Source: Octopus sinensis
Taxonomy: Eukaryota
NCBI RefSeq assembly: GCF_006345805.1
Contig: NW_021833018.1
Span: 192,404-256,403, forward strand
Length of the DNA: 64,000 nt
Reading direction: 5' to 3'
Position numbers and translations under genes: made by a program. A model generated the notes under the pieces. That model did not search any database. It was not told the origin of the DNA and saw nothing but the letters and a program-made list of their open reading frames with translations. This document shows, piece by piece, positions 24,715 through 37,340 of the stretch; within the stretch, counting starts at the first letter, position 1; every line of letters starts with the position of its first letter.

Positions 24715-26004
24715 TTATAATTTTTTAACGAGTTGTACTACATCCTCATCGCACAAAACGTGTTCTTTTCCACATTTCTGAGGTTGGTGCTTGACAGAAT
24801 TCCCCCAAACAAAAGCACTAAAATATAGTAGAGACACTCACTAATTCAGCTCTCGAATAATAGACTTGTGTATCTTATTACAAAAATCCTCGATACTGCA
24901 CTTGGAAACCTTAAGAACCACAGGAGATCGATAGTCTGGGACCTCACCTTTGGGTCGTGTGTATCTAAGAATATTAAAAAGTCCGTACATTCTAACTAGT
25001 CCCAGTTTTTCCCACATCGTTTGCAACAACTCATCAAAATTCCACTTATTTTCCGAACTAATTGGCACACAATTAGGCAGTTGGCACACCAAATCCAACT
25101 CCTTTCAATAGACCCTAGAAAGAATAAACCTGAATGGATATTTTATCTATTTTATTAAGAACGTATATGCAGGGAATATATGTCCTATTCCCTTCCACAA
25201 TATCTATCAGGTCATCAAGGGAACAGTCCCCCTTCAGTAGAATGTCGGCGTGACATATTTTATACTCCGCCAGCAGAGTAGTGACTGTCTCTAAATCCAA
25301 TTCTGATTGATCCACCTATACTATTGACATTTCTGAACACGAAACCATAGTCTTATAGTTTATTCCACCCTTCTCCTTCTTTCGAAAACTTATGGGAGGG
25401 ACTGATTTGTTAAGACGAATTCCGAAGCCTTCTAACTCTCTTTCAATTATTTTTTTCTGTTCTAGTGGTCTGGTTACATCGAGGACCACAAAAATTAGCA
25501 TGCATGTTCGGGCTACTGATATGACCTGCCTTCCCCTTCCCTTTCCGTCATTAGCCCCTTCGATGATTCCCGGAAGATCCAATAACTGAATTTTTGCTCC
25601 TTTGTAACGAATCACTCCCGGAACTGTAGTCAGAGTAGTAAACTCGTATTCAGCCACTTTTGAATAAACTCCGGACAAATTTGAAAGTAAAGTTGATTTT
25701 CCAACAGAAGGAAAACCTAATTTATGAATTCTTTTTAACATTAATTAAAAATATTATTTATTACCAACAAAGCCGACTCGTGAATCTCCTGTCTTAGCCA
25801 CCTCAAAAGTCTCGTGGTTGGAACTTCCCCCGCATCCTTTTGGGTCGAGTAATTCGCGCTTTAGTTTAGCTTGACGAGCTTTGAGCATGCAAATGTGATG
25901 CATAGTAGCCTTATTTTTTTGTGTCCGATTAAGCTGTATATTAAATAATAACACTTGCTAACCTCGGCATCAATTTCATTTATTCTTTCTTGTATTTTTT
26001 GCAT
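24715..26004 (-). CDS. DRG1: Developmentally regulated GTP-binding protein 1 (OBG family), 6 introns of 24-49 nt
   Basis: RTQKNKAT..H...[62 protein letters not shown]-domain [35 protein letters not shown]. Confidence 0.96.
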
Positions 26005-26102
26005 CCTCGTGTCTGCACACCAACTACTTTCTTTAATTAATGAATAACAAAATTTAAATATTTTATATAAAAAAATTAGAAGATAAAATTAGTATCGAGA
26101 AT

Positions 26103-27354
26103 TTATTGAATAGGATTAATGATTTGATGTAAAATTATTACAAAATGGTTCCCAAATTCATCAAAAGTTATTTTAAAAATCGACTTAAGCCACATTATTT
26201 TCTGATTGGAAAGAATTACTCTATATTTTTCAACTTTAATCTCTCCCACTAACAGTACTATTGCAATTAGAAACAAAAAAACAACACTGGGAGTGAGATG
26301 AAGCAATTTTATAGAGATCCAATGGATGAACCATCGAATACAAATTTATGTCGGATTCAAGTTCGCGAGCTGACAACTGTAAAAAATACATTCCTCTACT
26401 AATCTTATTAAAATATAACATTTCGTTGATGTTTATAAATGAAAAATCAAGTCGATGGGAACTCTGGAAATTTCTATCTTCAAATTTCAAATGTCTATTC
26501 ATTGGACAAAGAGGGCGAGTTGTGCAGGTGAAAACTAGTATTTTGTTGCCAAAATCCATTTCTGTTAGTTTTCGACTTAGTTTGGCCGACATATAAATTG
26601 TCTAAATTATTATTAAATAAATACCTTTGTGGGAGTCTCGACCATGTTTAGCGTTCTAAAATTCAGTGTAAATTTCAAATTTAGATCCACACACATTTCT
26701 GCCCCTAATTGAAGTCCAAGTTCTCTAAATTTAATAATTGAGTTTGGACATAAAAATTCTTCGAGATTGTGATTTAAAAATTCCAACTAATTTAGAAAGA
26801 GTTAATATTACTTGTATAAATCCAAGATGGTCTTTTACTGAATTAGTGATAAACAAGATGTTTCCAGTGATGTCACAAATAAGGAAAAAGCCACCGAGAC
26901 ACTGTATAAATTTGCGTTAAAATTTACCTCAGAAATAATTAAATTAATTGAGAAACCGATATCTGTTTCGAAATGCATGCGGACTTCTTTTTTGTACAAA
27001 TCTTAAAAATTAGTCAGAAATTGTGATATAACATATGAATTGACGAGATTTGATGTAGGAAATAACTAATCTTAAAATCGAGAGTTTATCCAATTTTGCG
27101 ATTATTTTTTTGTTAAATGGAAGTTTTTGAGCCAGCAACTGAAGCTGAAGGTTTAATCTTTCTCGATGTCGTTTACTCGGACTCTGGTTTGATCTTTTTT
27201 ACTAAAAAAATTCAAGATAACTTTTGCATGCAATTCATGCTGGTTTGAGTGACTGTTTGATTGTTTCTTATCATTTCGTGCATATTTTGCACGATTGCTT
27301 TAATAGTTGTTAACCAATGCGCATGTCCACTCAATACTTTTGAGGCAGCTGCAT
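26103..27354 (-). CDS. AHR: Aryl hydrocarbon receptor/spineless-like bHLH-PAS transcription factor, no C-terminal activation domain
   Basis: bHLH SPSKRHRERLNLQLQLLAQKLPFNKKIIAKLDKLSILRLVISYIK; PAS-A CLGGFFLICDITGNILFITNSVKDHLGFIQ; PAS-B FQSSHRLDFSF...YSMVHPLDL..IASSH; PAC-like end then TAA at 26103. Confidence 0.85.
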
Positions 27355-28232
27355 TTTAGTTTAATTATATCTTTTAATAACTCGTGTATAAACACGAAAA
27401 AGTAACTCCAAATAAAATAACTTATATTGAGGTTCTATAAATAGATTTTGAAGTTTTGAATACTGGCACGATAGGGTTAATTTTTAGTAAAAATATTTAC
27501 AAAACTAATTGCTTAGTGTTATTCAGATCAAAAAATTAGAAGACACTTTCGGAAAAAAATACTTGGCAAAATATGACAAATTAAAATATTTTAAATACTT
27601 CGAAAACATAAATCAATATCATTAGTTTAACTTACTTTTATGAGTAAAGTTTCATTGGTTAAACTTACTTTTATGAGCAGAGAAACTAGCAAAAACTAGG
27701 TGGAGAATTTTTCTTAATATTGTTATTTTCAAAAATAAATCTAATAAATTAATTATCAAAATATCATTGAATATAAAGGAAAAAGTAAAATAATTTAAAT
27801 AATTTGTATAAAAAACATTAATCCAATACTATAAAATATGCATTTTTATCAAATAGAATTTTTGAAGTGCAAACAAGTTTATACTCGAATTCGATAATTA
27901 TTTTTATTCAATTAGATATTTAAAAGTATCGATCTCTAACAAAATTGATCCATTCTAAATAATAATTATTCAACAAATCATGAAAGTTCAAAAATAGCAA
28001 AATTTTTTTATAATTAACAAAATGTTTTGAAAATATCTCTAGAGCTGATGTCCCTGCTTTTATATCCTTACATGCTGACCACAAGAATCTTTTTTAAATA
28101 ATATTATGAAACCTTTCAGGAATGACTGAGGATACACAGATTGCAGGTCAGATAACCTTTAAGGTCTTCCTATTCATGCTATGCAGTATTTGTTATAAAT
28201 TATTATCATTTTGAAGTAACAAGATTAAAAAA

Positions 28233-29389
28233 TTAAGACATTTCAACAACCACTGGCATTTCTTCGTCGTCAACAACGTCAAAATTCCACGAAAAGAACT
28301 GCAAACAGAATTCTTTAAATTCACGGGCCTTTTCCTTTAATGGACATTCATCCAAATCAGAAATGTTGTCCATCAAGCGTCTGATATTGACAAATATGAA
28401 ATTCTCTCCATCTATAATATCCACGAACATATCTTGAGGAATTTTTTGTAAATGAAAGTACAAAACGCTCAAAAAACGTCCAAACATAATGTCATGTGTG
28501 TCTAACAGCTCTCTGCAGCTGCAAATGAGCTGAACGATTTCTCTCCACTGCTCAAGAGAAGCATAATTCAGTCCGCATAAAAATACAACAAAACACAATT
28601 GCAGTTCGCCAAGTACCGTGTTAGACCTTGTTCCAAACACTGAAAGAAACTCCTTGCTTCTATCGAGACCAGATTTTGTAACTGACGAAAAATCATTTTC
28701 GGAAATAAGAGCAGATATGTAAGAATTTCTTGATATATGTGTATATCTATATGCAATGAACATACAATAAATATGCCTCATGCAGGTTGACTTGAGTGGC
28801 GCTGATGTTGTTTGTTTACCAGATAATCTGTCTTCAGTCGTACTAGAATGACAATACAGCTGAGGCGATGAAAAAATAGTTTTTCCAGTAGGCTGCAGTA
28901 GAGAAACAAGCTCGGAGTCTAGATAGTTTGTTAATGAGACCCAGTTGCGGTGTCTGCATGATTAGTAATATTTACTCATCAAGGGGGTAGCATGCTAGTC
29001 TTTGGTCGTATCTTTCCATATTTCCAAAGAAAGAATCGTCAGAATAGTCCAAAAATTCTTGATTGATTAGAAATATACAAACCTTCGTTTTTAGAGTCCC
29101 ATTTCTTGCAAATAATCATATTTCCTGTAATATGGACAAAAAATCCTTTTCTAGATGAAGAATCCCCATGTTTGTTAGCAATGTTGTAATATATGAAATG
29201 ATTTCCGTCAGGTACCATTTTAAATCCCATAAAATTTAGTGTGGTGACCCACGATTTGCAGTTTATACCGATCTCAGTCTCTTTAGGGGGGTTCAGAAGT
29301 AAGATTATTCCATTCTTTCTAAATAGTTCTTTCGCTTTCTCTGAAGATAAAGGTAAAGTTAAGTCGTCACATTCATGTACTTTAGACAT
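28233..29389 (-). CDS. AAR2: AAR2 homolog (U5 snRNP assembly factor)
   Basis: N-terminus AKELF..GIILLLNPPKETEIGINCKSW...FMGFKMVPDGNHFIYY...RKGFF; C-terminus LGELQLCFVVFLCG..ASLEQWREIVQLIC, IPQDMFVDII, EEMPVVVE. Confidence 0.88.
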
Positions 29390-29873
29390 TTTATTTTTTA
29401 ATATGTTTTTTATTAAAAAAAGCAATTATTTTTTTTATAATTACGATAAAACAAAATTAGTAAATTAATTAAAGTAGAAAAATATCTTATTCAGATAATA
29501 TTGGTTCCAGCTTCCTCCTCTTTGCTTTTGATCTGACTCCTAGATTTTTGGGTAGAAAATTCATAGAGGACCTCATCATTTTGGGCTTGTTCTCTGTTTT
29601 TGGTTAATTATAAGTAAAACAATGATTTTCATAATTTAATCTGTATTTTGCTAAATTGAAGTTGGTTAAAGAAAGCATAAAAGTTATTCCTTTGACCATT
29701 CAGAGTTACAATGATCAGAAACTTTATTCACGGAATCCAATTAAGCCAATTGAGAAAATTGGAGACTGACTCCGAGAGGGTATGGAAAACATGCGGAAAT
29801 ACAGACCCTCATTACGAAAATTTCGATTGCTATAACCAGAGTAAAATCCTGCCAATAAAATAAAATTAAGATA

Positions 29874-30330
29874 TGTCACAGTCCGATAAAGAAACACGCC
29901 GTTAATGAAACGCCAACATCAAATTGACAAAAAATCATATCGAAAAAAGATAAATTATTAAAAATCGTCATTGGAGAAGATTAATTAGTTATTAATTTTA
30001 ATAAAATCCGATTTTTAAGGTTTAAATTAGGAAGCGTGATAGTATTTGGATAGTGAGACTAACTAAAGAAATTTTCAGTATTATACAAAATATCAAAGAA
30101 GAAAATGCAGAAATTGGATTTCCAGATAGCATGAGCCGCCTCGAAAGGTTCAGAATCAGAAAACTATCTGAATCTTTTACATTCGAAAATGGAGTTGTAT
30201 TCTACAATAGAACTGGTCTAAAATTGCATTTTTTTGCGAGGATGAAATGGAGCTGAAGCTTAAATTTATTGAAGTAGAATTTATCTCAATATAATTTAGG
30301 CGGAACATAATCTAGTTACCTTCAATATCA
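29874..30330 (+). mobile_element. 5' fragment of a Ginger-like element
   Basis: Begins TGTCACAG; the ORF is homologous to 36126-36368 (R.RIRK....F.F..G......G.KL.FF....ELKLKFIE) with a 26-nt intron at the same position. No right TIR found. Confidence 0.6.
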
Positions 30331-30707
30331 AAATTTCAAAGCAATGTAAAAATTTAGGTCAAAAGACGTATCATCGGATAATCAGATAATCGAATTGTTA
30401 GTTAACGAAAAATTTTCTTAATCGTTTATGAAACTGATTTCAAAAAAGGAAATTTTTTTAATATTCTTATTGGGGAAACAACGAATTTTTAAATCAGGTA
30501 TCTTACTAATTGTATGCCTCAAAAACAGTAGTCGAGGGAAACTATTTGCTGAAATAGGACTATTACCAGAACCTATTGTTATTAGATCGGAAAAAATGAC
30601 TCGGATCTAAAGAAAATATGTAACCGAAGTTCTTCTCTTGATGTTTTTAAATTTGGCCTTTTTAAATTAAAATAGAAATTTTTAATGAAATAGTTAATAA
30701 AGAAATG

Positions 30708-31615
30708 TTAAATCAACGAAACGAAAAATGTGCGGATTTTTCCAAAAAAAACAAAATTGGAAAGCTTTTTATAACTAAAAATGACGATTAGATTCGTTAA
30801 AAAATAAAATCCATAAAAACCTGTTTGAAAGAAATCCTTTTTGTTCAAAACCGTATTAAATTTTCCTTGAATGTTAAACTCGGATTGGTAGTTAACAATA
30901 AAATCAACAAGTTTTCGTGGAATAAGCATAATTGTCAGCCAAATCAAGACCAGAATAATTCGATCAGACTTATACGTAACCACCTCTCTGATTTGTTTGT
31001 TTTCAATCTCTATAAAAAGCTGCAATGGACCACTGTTCACTAAGGTAACAACACTTCCAACGATTCCAACAATTAATAATATCAAAAACATCAATGGCAC
31101 CTCAATTATTGGAAGTGCATAATATACATATTTCTGGTTAATACTTTCAAACTGTCAATGTTAAGAAATTAAATACTTTCTTAGGCAACGTCCAAAAACG
31201 CGGTAAAACCAAAAGTAGCGTTGAAAAGATGATCACTGTGAGAATAGTTACAATTTTTCGAGTTGTTAATAGTATAAAAGATCGACTTCTTACGTAATGA
31301 ATCCAGTAACTGCCAATAAATATCAAAGTAAATATGGATGAAAGCCATAACCAAGTAGACAATGCTGAGAAATAACGAAGAGTCGTCACTCCAAGAATAT
31401 CTAATAAATGACAAATTTAAAGGACCTCCAAAGTCGGGTTCATTCGTCACGAAATCGAAGATTAAAAAAATAGAAAAAAAACAAAATACAAATGAAAATA
31501 CAAAATCGAAAGAATTTTTATAAAAATAAAGAAAAGAAATGGCCAAAGAGAACGAAATCATTATTGTTAATAAAACCATAATAGTATTAAAATAATAGAC
31601 GTAGGTAAGGTCCAT
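30708..31615 (-). CDS. Divergent 7-transmembrane receptor (rhodopsin-like peptide/chemoreceptor type); one frameshift near 31390
   Basis: About seven hydrophobic segments over three ORFs; TM4 ends LLLVLPRFW as in FMRFamide/Srw-type receptors; TM7 followed by NFVFFGKIR. No canonical DRY. Confidence 0.5.
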
Positions 31616-32129
31616 ATTTTTTTAGGAATATTTTTTAACTATTTTACTACGCAAATAATTTTTATTTAAATAGCTTCAATAATTAAAGTGACCACAACGA
31701 AAACCGCATTTTTATCACAATGGTTAAATTTTATCGAATAAAAATTAAACTTTGTTTTAATTTTGTAGGATATTCAAAAACGCAAACCGGAATAAAACGA
31801 AATAAAGAAAGCCGTTATGGTTGCTGCACAGGCGTGTTCATGACCGATGAAATTGCGTATTGTTACTAATAATAAAAACGTGTCTATTTTTTGTTTAACC
31901 CAAAAAATTTTACTATCCAAAGCATCCAAAAATCTTTGTAAGTTTCTGTATAATTTTTGTTTTTCTTTTCTCAATTTGCAGATCTCTTCATTATGAGCGT
32001 TCCTGTTATTTGGATTTTTTAAAGATAACTTTTGGCAAATACGTTTCGAGAAAATCCAAAATTTGTTTTCTGAAAATCAGAATCGATTTTTTTAAAACGT
32101 TCTAATTATTTAATTGGTTCGATTTTCTT

Positions 32130-33391
32130 CACATCAAACTCAATGTTTATGTATATTTGGAAGAGAGCTCGGTCTGTTAATTTTGAATATAATCATCTCC
32201 CATCTTGTTCCATTCATCTTTTGCCATCTCCCATAGTTGCTTAACGTTCTGAGGGTTTCTATTTCTGATTTTGCTCTTTAAATAATGCCAGCAATTTTCT
32301 ATTATGTTAAGATCTGGCGATTGTGCAGGCCAATTGTTTAAAATATTCACTCCTTTTTCAAGCAAATAATTTTTTGTAGACCGTGAAGTATGACATGATG
32401 CACCATCTTGTTGGAAATAAAGTTATCATCATATATCTCAGAAAGCCCTTGTTCCAAGATTCGTTGATATTCTACGGAATCTACATTTCCTTCGCACAAT
32501 ATCAAGGCACTTTTTCCATCGTGTCTGATACCGCCCCAAACCATGATTGAAGGTGCGAATTTCTGAGTTTTCGTTGTGTAGTTCGAATTGAATCTATTTC
32601 CAGGAGGTCTCCTTACGAATTCTCGTGCTTTCGAAATTAATTCGATGCGGCACTCGTCAGTAAAAATGACCTTATTCCAATCGAATGAAATTTTCTAGTG
32701 CAGAATATTTTTCTCTTCTTGATATTATAGTTGAAAGTCTAGGTTTTTTGGCTGCTATTCTTACGAAAAGTTCATTTTTGCGTAAGATTCTTCGTACAGT
32801 TTCGACACTGACGGTTTCCGTAATATTTAGGTCTTTTCTGATTTCATTCGCTGTTTTTTTGGGAAAACGTCGAGACTCACGTACAAGATTCCTTTGAGCA
32901 CGTGCCGAAAGAATACAATTTCTTCCAGATTTTGGTCTGTCGTAAAACCCATTTCCATCCAAATACCGTTGGTAAGTGTGATTTACGGCGCATCTGAATA
33001 TTCCAAGTAAAATCGATATTTCCTGTACGGTATGACCATTTTCTCGCATAAAAACAATTCTATGACGCTGTTCAACAGAAAGTCGTGGCATACTGCTTTC
33101 AAATTAATTTAAAACACGTTTCCGATACGAAAAATAGAAAAAAAGTATAAATTTTATTGAAATATAATGAATTTAAATAAAATGTCTAAAACATATGACT
33201 GGGCCAATTTCGACAAAATCCTTAAACATATGAAGAAGTCGAAGATAAAGCGAAGATAAGATATGAAAATGATAAATATATAAATAATATAGATAATACT
33301 TACTAAAAAACTTTTATTTTATTGGATTTTTCTTTAGAAAAATCAAACACTGGGATTTTTTCAGAATGTCTAAAACATATGACCGGTACTG
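32130..33391 (-). mobile_element. Tc1 transposon, frameshifted
   Basis: HTH MPRLSVEQRHRIV, KVIFTDECRI, IMVWGGI, QQDGAS-like region, WPAQSPDLNIIENCW; TA|CAGTACCGGTC terminus at 33391. Other TIR not found. Confidence 0.9.
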
Positions 33392-34084
33392 TATATGATC
33401 ACTCTCAATTTTGTCCTCAAGATTGGGAGTTTCACAATATTTGATTAGCAAAACAAAGACAATGAATAACTCTAGGCATTCATTTTCATGCGCTGAATAG
33501 TGCTTCCTGTCTAGAAATGTTAAAATATGAAATCCATAATCTTCAGAAAGTTTTAGCTGAATCTGCCCATCTCGTTTTGTGTTTTTGCAGCCATAATCAA
33601 CGTAATTGGAGTTAAGATCGCCGACAATTATTCCGAAGTTATTTTATTCGAAGAAATCCCAAATAATTTGCGGGTATCTCCTGAGATTTTCCGAATACCA
33701 ATAGTAACCCATTTAATTTGTATTTTTAACTTAAACTGACCAATTCATAAAGTTTTTCTTCAAAAATTCTACAGTTTCTCGTCACTAGGTAATTCATGTA
33801 AAAGATTGATGTTCCATTTCCTACAATAGCGTCATCCATTCAAAGTATTTCAATTGACTAATAATTAATTTTACCAGTGTTGATGTCTCATCTAAAAATT
33901 ACAATTAAATGTCAATTAATTTTTAGAGTTCATGATTTTTAGAATCTGCCTATTTTAATTTATTACGTAGTTGTCATAATAACACGTAGAAAGACAATCC
34001 AAATACTAATTGGATAACTAGGGCGATTTTTTAACCCCAAAAATTAAAAATTTAACCTAAAAAATTAACTCAAAAATTTAATTT

Positions 34085-34370
34085 AATAACGTGTTCTGTC
34101 CGATTGTGGTCGAGACAACTGGAGGAATAAGTGGGAAATCGCTTCGCTTCCTAAAGAAGCTTGGACGCTTAGCCACATTAAAAAGCCACGACACACGTGA
34201 GACCCGGTGGCTTCTCCAGTTGATCTCCGTTGTTATCGTGAGAGGCAACGCAACGTCAATTATGTTGGCGGGGTCCACTTCAGACAGATGGCTTTATTAA
34301 CTAATTAGTTCCTTTTTTTTAACTGTTTTTGTTCATTGACAAATTGATAAAAAAAAATTTAATAACTAAA
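34085..34370 (+). mobile_element. CRE-clade 3' fragment
   Basis: FCPIVVETTGGISGKSLRFLKKLG...ETRWLLQLISVVIVRGNATSI. Confidence 0.85.
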
Positions 34371-34499
34371 TAATAAAAAAACTAAAACTTTTTGTTACAC
34401 ATACAATTTACATAATTTTCTAAATTGTATAAAAGAAAATTTCGGTTGGATCTTAGAAAACTCTTTATCTCAGAGAAATCTTTCAACAGAGCAAGAAGT

Positions 34500-34856
34500 T
34501 GGCTGACAATTCAGGAGTAATAAATAATCGGCTGGAGATGTATGTTAATTGATCCAGTTTTTTTGAATTTCTGAATCACATCTGATACAGTTGATTTTGG
34601 GACTCCTATACTTGCAGAAATCATTCGATAAGTCATATTATGATTATAAAATGCAATAATTTGTCCTTTCATGAAATCTGAAAGGTGACTTCTTCTTTGA
34701 CTATACATTTTTAGCTTCTTTTCAACGACTTTTAGATCTATAAAAGTTTTGTCCGGTTTTACATGTCATAACTAAATTGAAATTCTGCTTTATTTTTCGT
34801 ATTTAATTAATAAAATCATAAAAAATGGCTTGTCCGGTTTTCGGTGACGAGGGGTG
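34500..34856 (-). mobile_element. Tc1 5' fragment
   Basis: HLSDFMKGQIIAF...ISASIGVPKSTVSDVIQKFKKTGS (HTH), with TA|CACCCCTCGTCACC terminus. Confidence 0.75.
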
Positions 34857-35129
34857 TATGTGTAAATTAGTCATTTTAATTATGTCTGAAATAACATTTT
34901 TTGAAGCTTTTTATTTATGTATTCTTTAATAAATTTGTTCTCATTTTCAAATTCCAGCGATTCTAAACCATCATATGCTTGTTCAATTGTGAAACATGTA
35001 CTTTTTAATTTCGTAATAATATCTGCAATAGCGACATTATTTAGAAACCTGGAATGTTAAAATAGCTTCGAAAAAGTCACATGGACGGCTAACTAGCACA
35101 TGGTTTTTGAGACTCTTTAGCTGATCGAA

Positions 35130-35820
35130 CTAGATATCCATCATGGCGATGTTTCTGAATTTGAATATTAGTTTTCTTCTATTGTCCTTGTTAATTGCAG
35201 CTTGTATAGTAGCCATAATTAAATCTAACTTGGATTGGCTGAACCTATGGTTGACGAACAACCGGCTCGTGGTAAACGCGACGAAGTCCGTCACGTCCCT
35301 TTTCATTTCCGACAAAAGATTGGGAAGGACTTCTAGGGGTAACCCTCAACATGCACCTCTGTTTCTCCCCGCACGCAGAAAACATCCTTTGCAAAAAAAA
35401 TTGGAAATCCTCAGAACTCTATCCGGCTTATGGAAAAACAGGTCACACCCGGTACTGACAAATATCTACCGCCAATACTTCGAATCATCAATTGCCTACG
35501 CCTGCAGTTCATGGGGTCCGCAGTTATCGTGATCCAACAGGAGGCGAATCGAGGAGGCTAAACAAAGGGCCCTCAAATTAACCGATCGTTGGTCACACGA
35601 TAGCGAACGCCAAGGTCCAGCTTTTCTGGAAGACCTTATCAAACTGAACCTCGGTCTGTCAGTAAATGCCCCGTCAAAAACGGCCTGCCACCCGATGCAA
35701 TCTTGTGTGAGCTCGTGGAAAGCTCACCTAGCGAACATGAGGTCCCTGGTCGAGTGCATCGGGATCACGTGACTTTTGTTTGATTTTTACCGTGGTCTTG
35801 GAAGTTAATAAAATAAAAAA
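35130..35820 (+). mobile_element. 3' part of the GIT* LINE family
   Basis: NLDWLNLWLTNNRLVVNATKS, KLEILRTLSGLW, IYRQYFESSIAYACSSW, ...RSLVECIGIT*, short UTR and (TAAA/TAAAA)n. Confidence 0.88.
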
Positions 35821-35829
35821 TAATAAAAT

Positions 35830-37340
35830 CAATTTCAAGATAAGAGTTGCTTATTTTCTTAAAACAATTGTGTAATAGATGAACAGCACACGTGAGATGG
35901 AATAACTTGGGGTAAAAATTTTTAAGTATTTTGCCAGCTAAAACATAAACATTAAATGTCACCGTCCAGACCGGCCGGGGCGCCAAATCGGTCAGGTCAA
36001 TTATCTAAATACAAAACAAATATTTTTCCTACAAAACATTTCATTGCAAAAAAATATTGATAATAAAAAAATAAAATCTTATTAATAAAAAAGTTCTAAA
36101 AAGTTGAAAAGATTAGCATTAATCAATGGTTTTAGTTGAATTAACTCGAGACACCCTCGAAAAAATTAGGGAGTATTTGGAATCAGGCCACCTTGATAAT
36201 TCCTTGAGTTCGGAAGAAAGGGCACGAATACGGAAATATGCCAAAAAATTTAGTTTCAAGGAGAACAACACCTACATTTCTAAAAATGGCTCAAAGTTGC
36301 GTTTTTTTTGTATCGAAGACGCTGAACTTAAGTTAAAATTCATTGAAGTAGTATATTTGTCTATTTAAATTAGGTTCAACACAATCTTAATCACTTTGGA
36401 CGTGATAGGTTGTACAGTTTATTGACACTCACAATTTATGGTGCCATACGTACTGATGTGGCTTTGAAAATGGAAATATGATGAAGTGAAAAGTGGCGAT
36501 GAAGTATTAATACGGCATGATAGGGATGCAAACCCGGGTTATAGAAAATACCCATTATACGACGAAATATCTGCACAAAAATATATTGTGAAAAATAGGG
36601 ATCGAGAACTCGTAACGATAATTAATGAAGAGGATTAAAAAGGTCAAAGGATACATATTAGCAGAGTAAAAAAACTTTAACTGCAAATATTCATGGGGTT
36701 CGTTCTGTGTTTTTTCTCGTGTCATATTTACTTAATTGTGAAATAATTGTGCCATTGTTACAAATTCGACGCGGCCGAAGGGCGCATAGGGAAAAATATT
36801 CACATTGAATCATGCGGCCGTAGGCCGGATTGTGTTTTAGAGTTTTAATGATAAAAATAGAAATTTACAACATTTTTAAAAATTAAAAATGGATTTTTCT
36901 AATAAATTTTATTGTTGAGAATTGTTTGGCTAACCTTGGTTAAAGCGTTTTTAAATAAAATGCAAAATCAATACGGTAATTATCTGGAAATGACTGGATG
37001 TTGGTTTTTTATGAACCCAGTAACTTCAATATTTTGGCAAAAATAATATTAAAATCAACAAAAGAATGAACAGAAAAAGAAAATAACTTCCGAAAGGTAG
37101 TTTTTATTAAAAATTTTATACATAACCGATCTGGCGCCTCGACCTATCTGGACGGTGACATTAAATTTTACATAATTTCATATAATTTTCAGCATCCGAA
37201 ATTAACAAATTTCGAAGTGCATTGTCGACTATCTGAATAATACTGCTCTTGTTAAGTGTAGATTCTATCGCCTTAAACAATATCCGATATGTTGTTTGAG
37301 GAGAATTTAACGATCAAATCATCACAGCAACGTTAATTTA
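35830..37340 (-). mobile_element. Old CGGBP1-like hAT remnant split by the nested Ginger-like element
   Basis: IVDNALRNLLISDAENYMKLCKI (37165-37250) joins FYPKLFHLTCAVHLLHNC (35850-35950) when 35957-37160 is removed. Confidence 0.65.
35957..37160 (+). mobile_element. Internally deleted Ginger/Tdd-like DNA transposon
   Basis: TIR TGTCACCGTCCAGA...TCTGGACGGTGACA; 5-bp TSD TTAAA at 35952-35956 and 37161-37165; integrase N-terminal ORF, 26-nt intron, then HNLNHFGRDRL (start of the HHCC motif). Confidence 0.88.
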
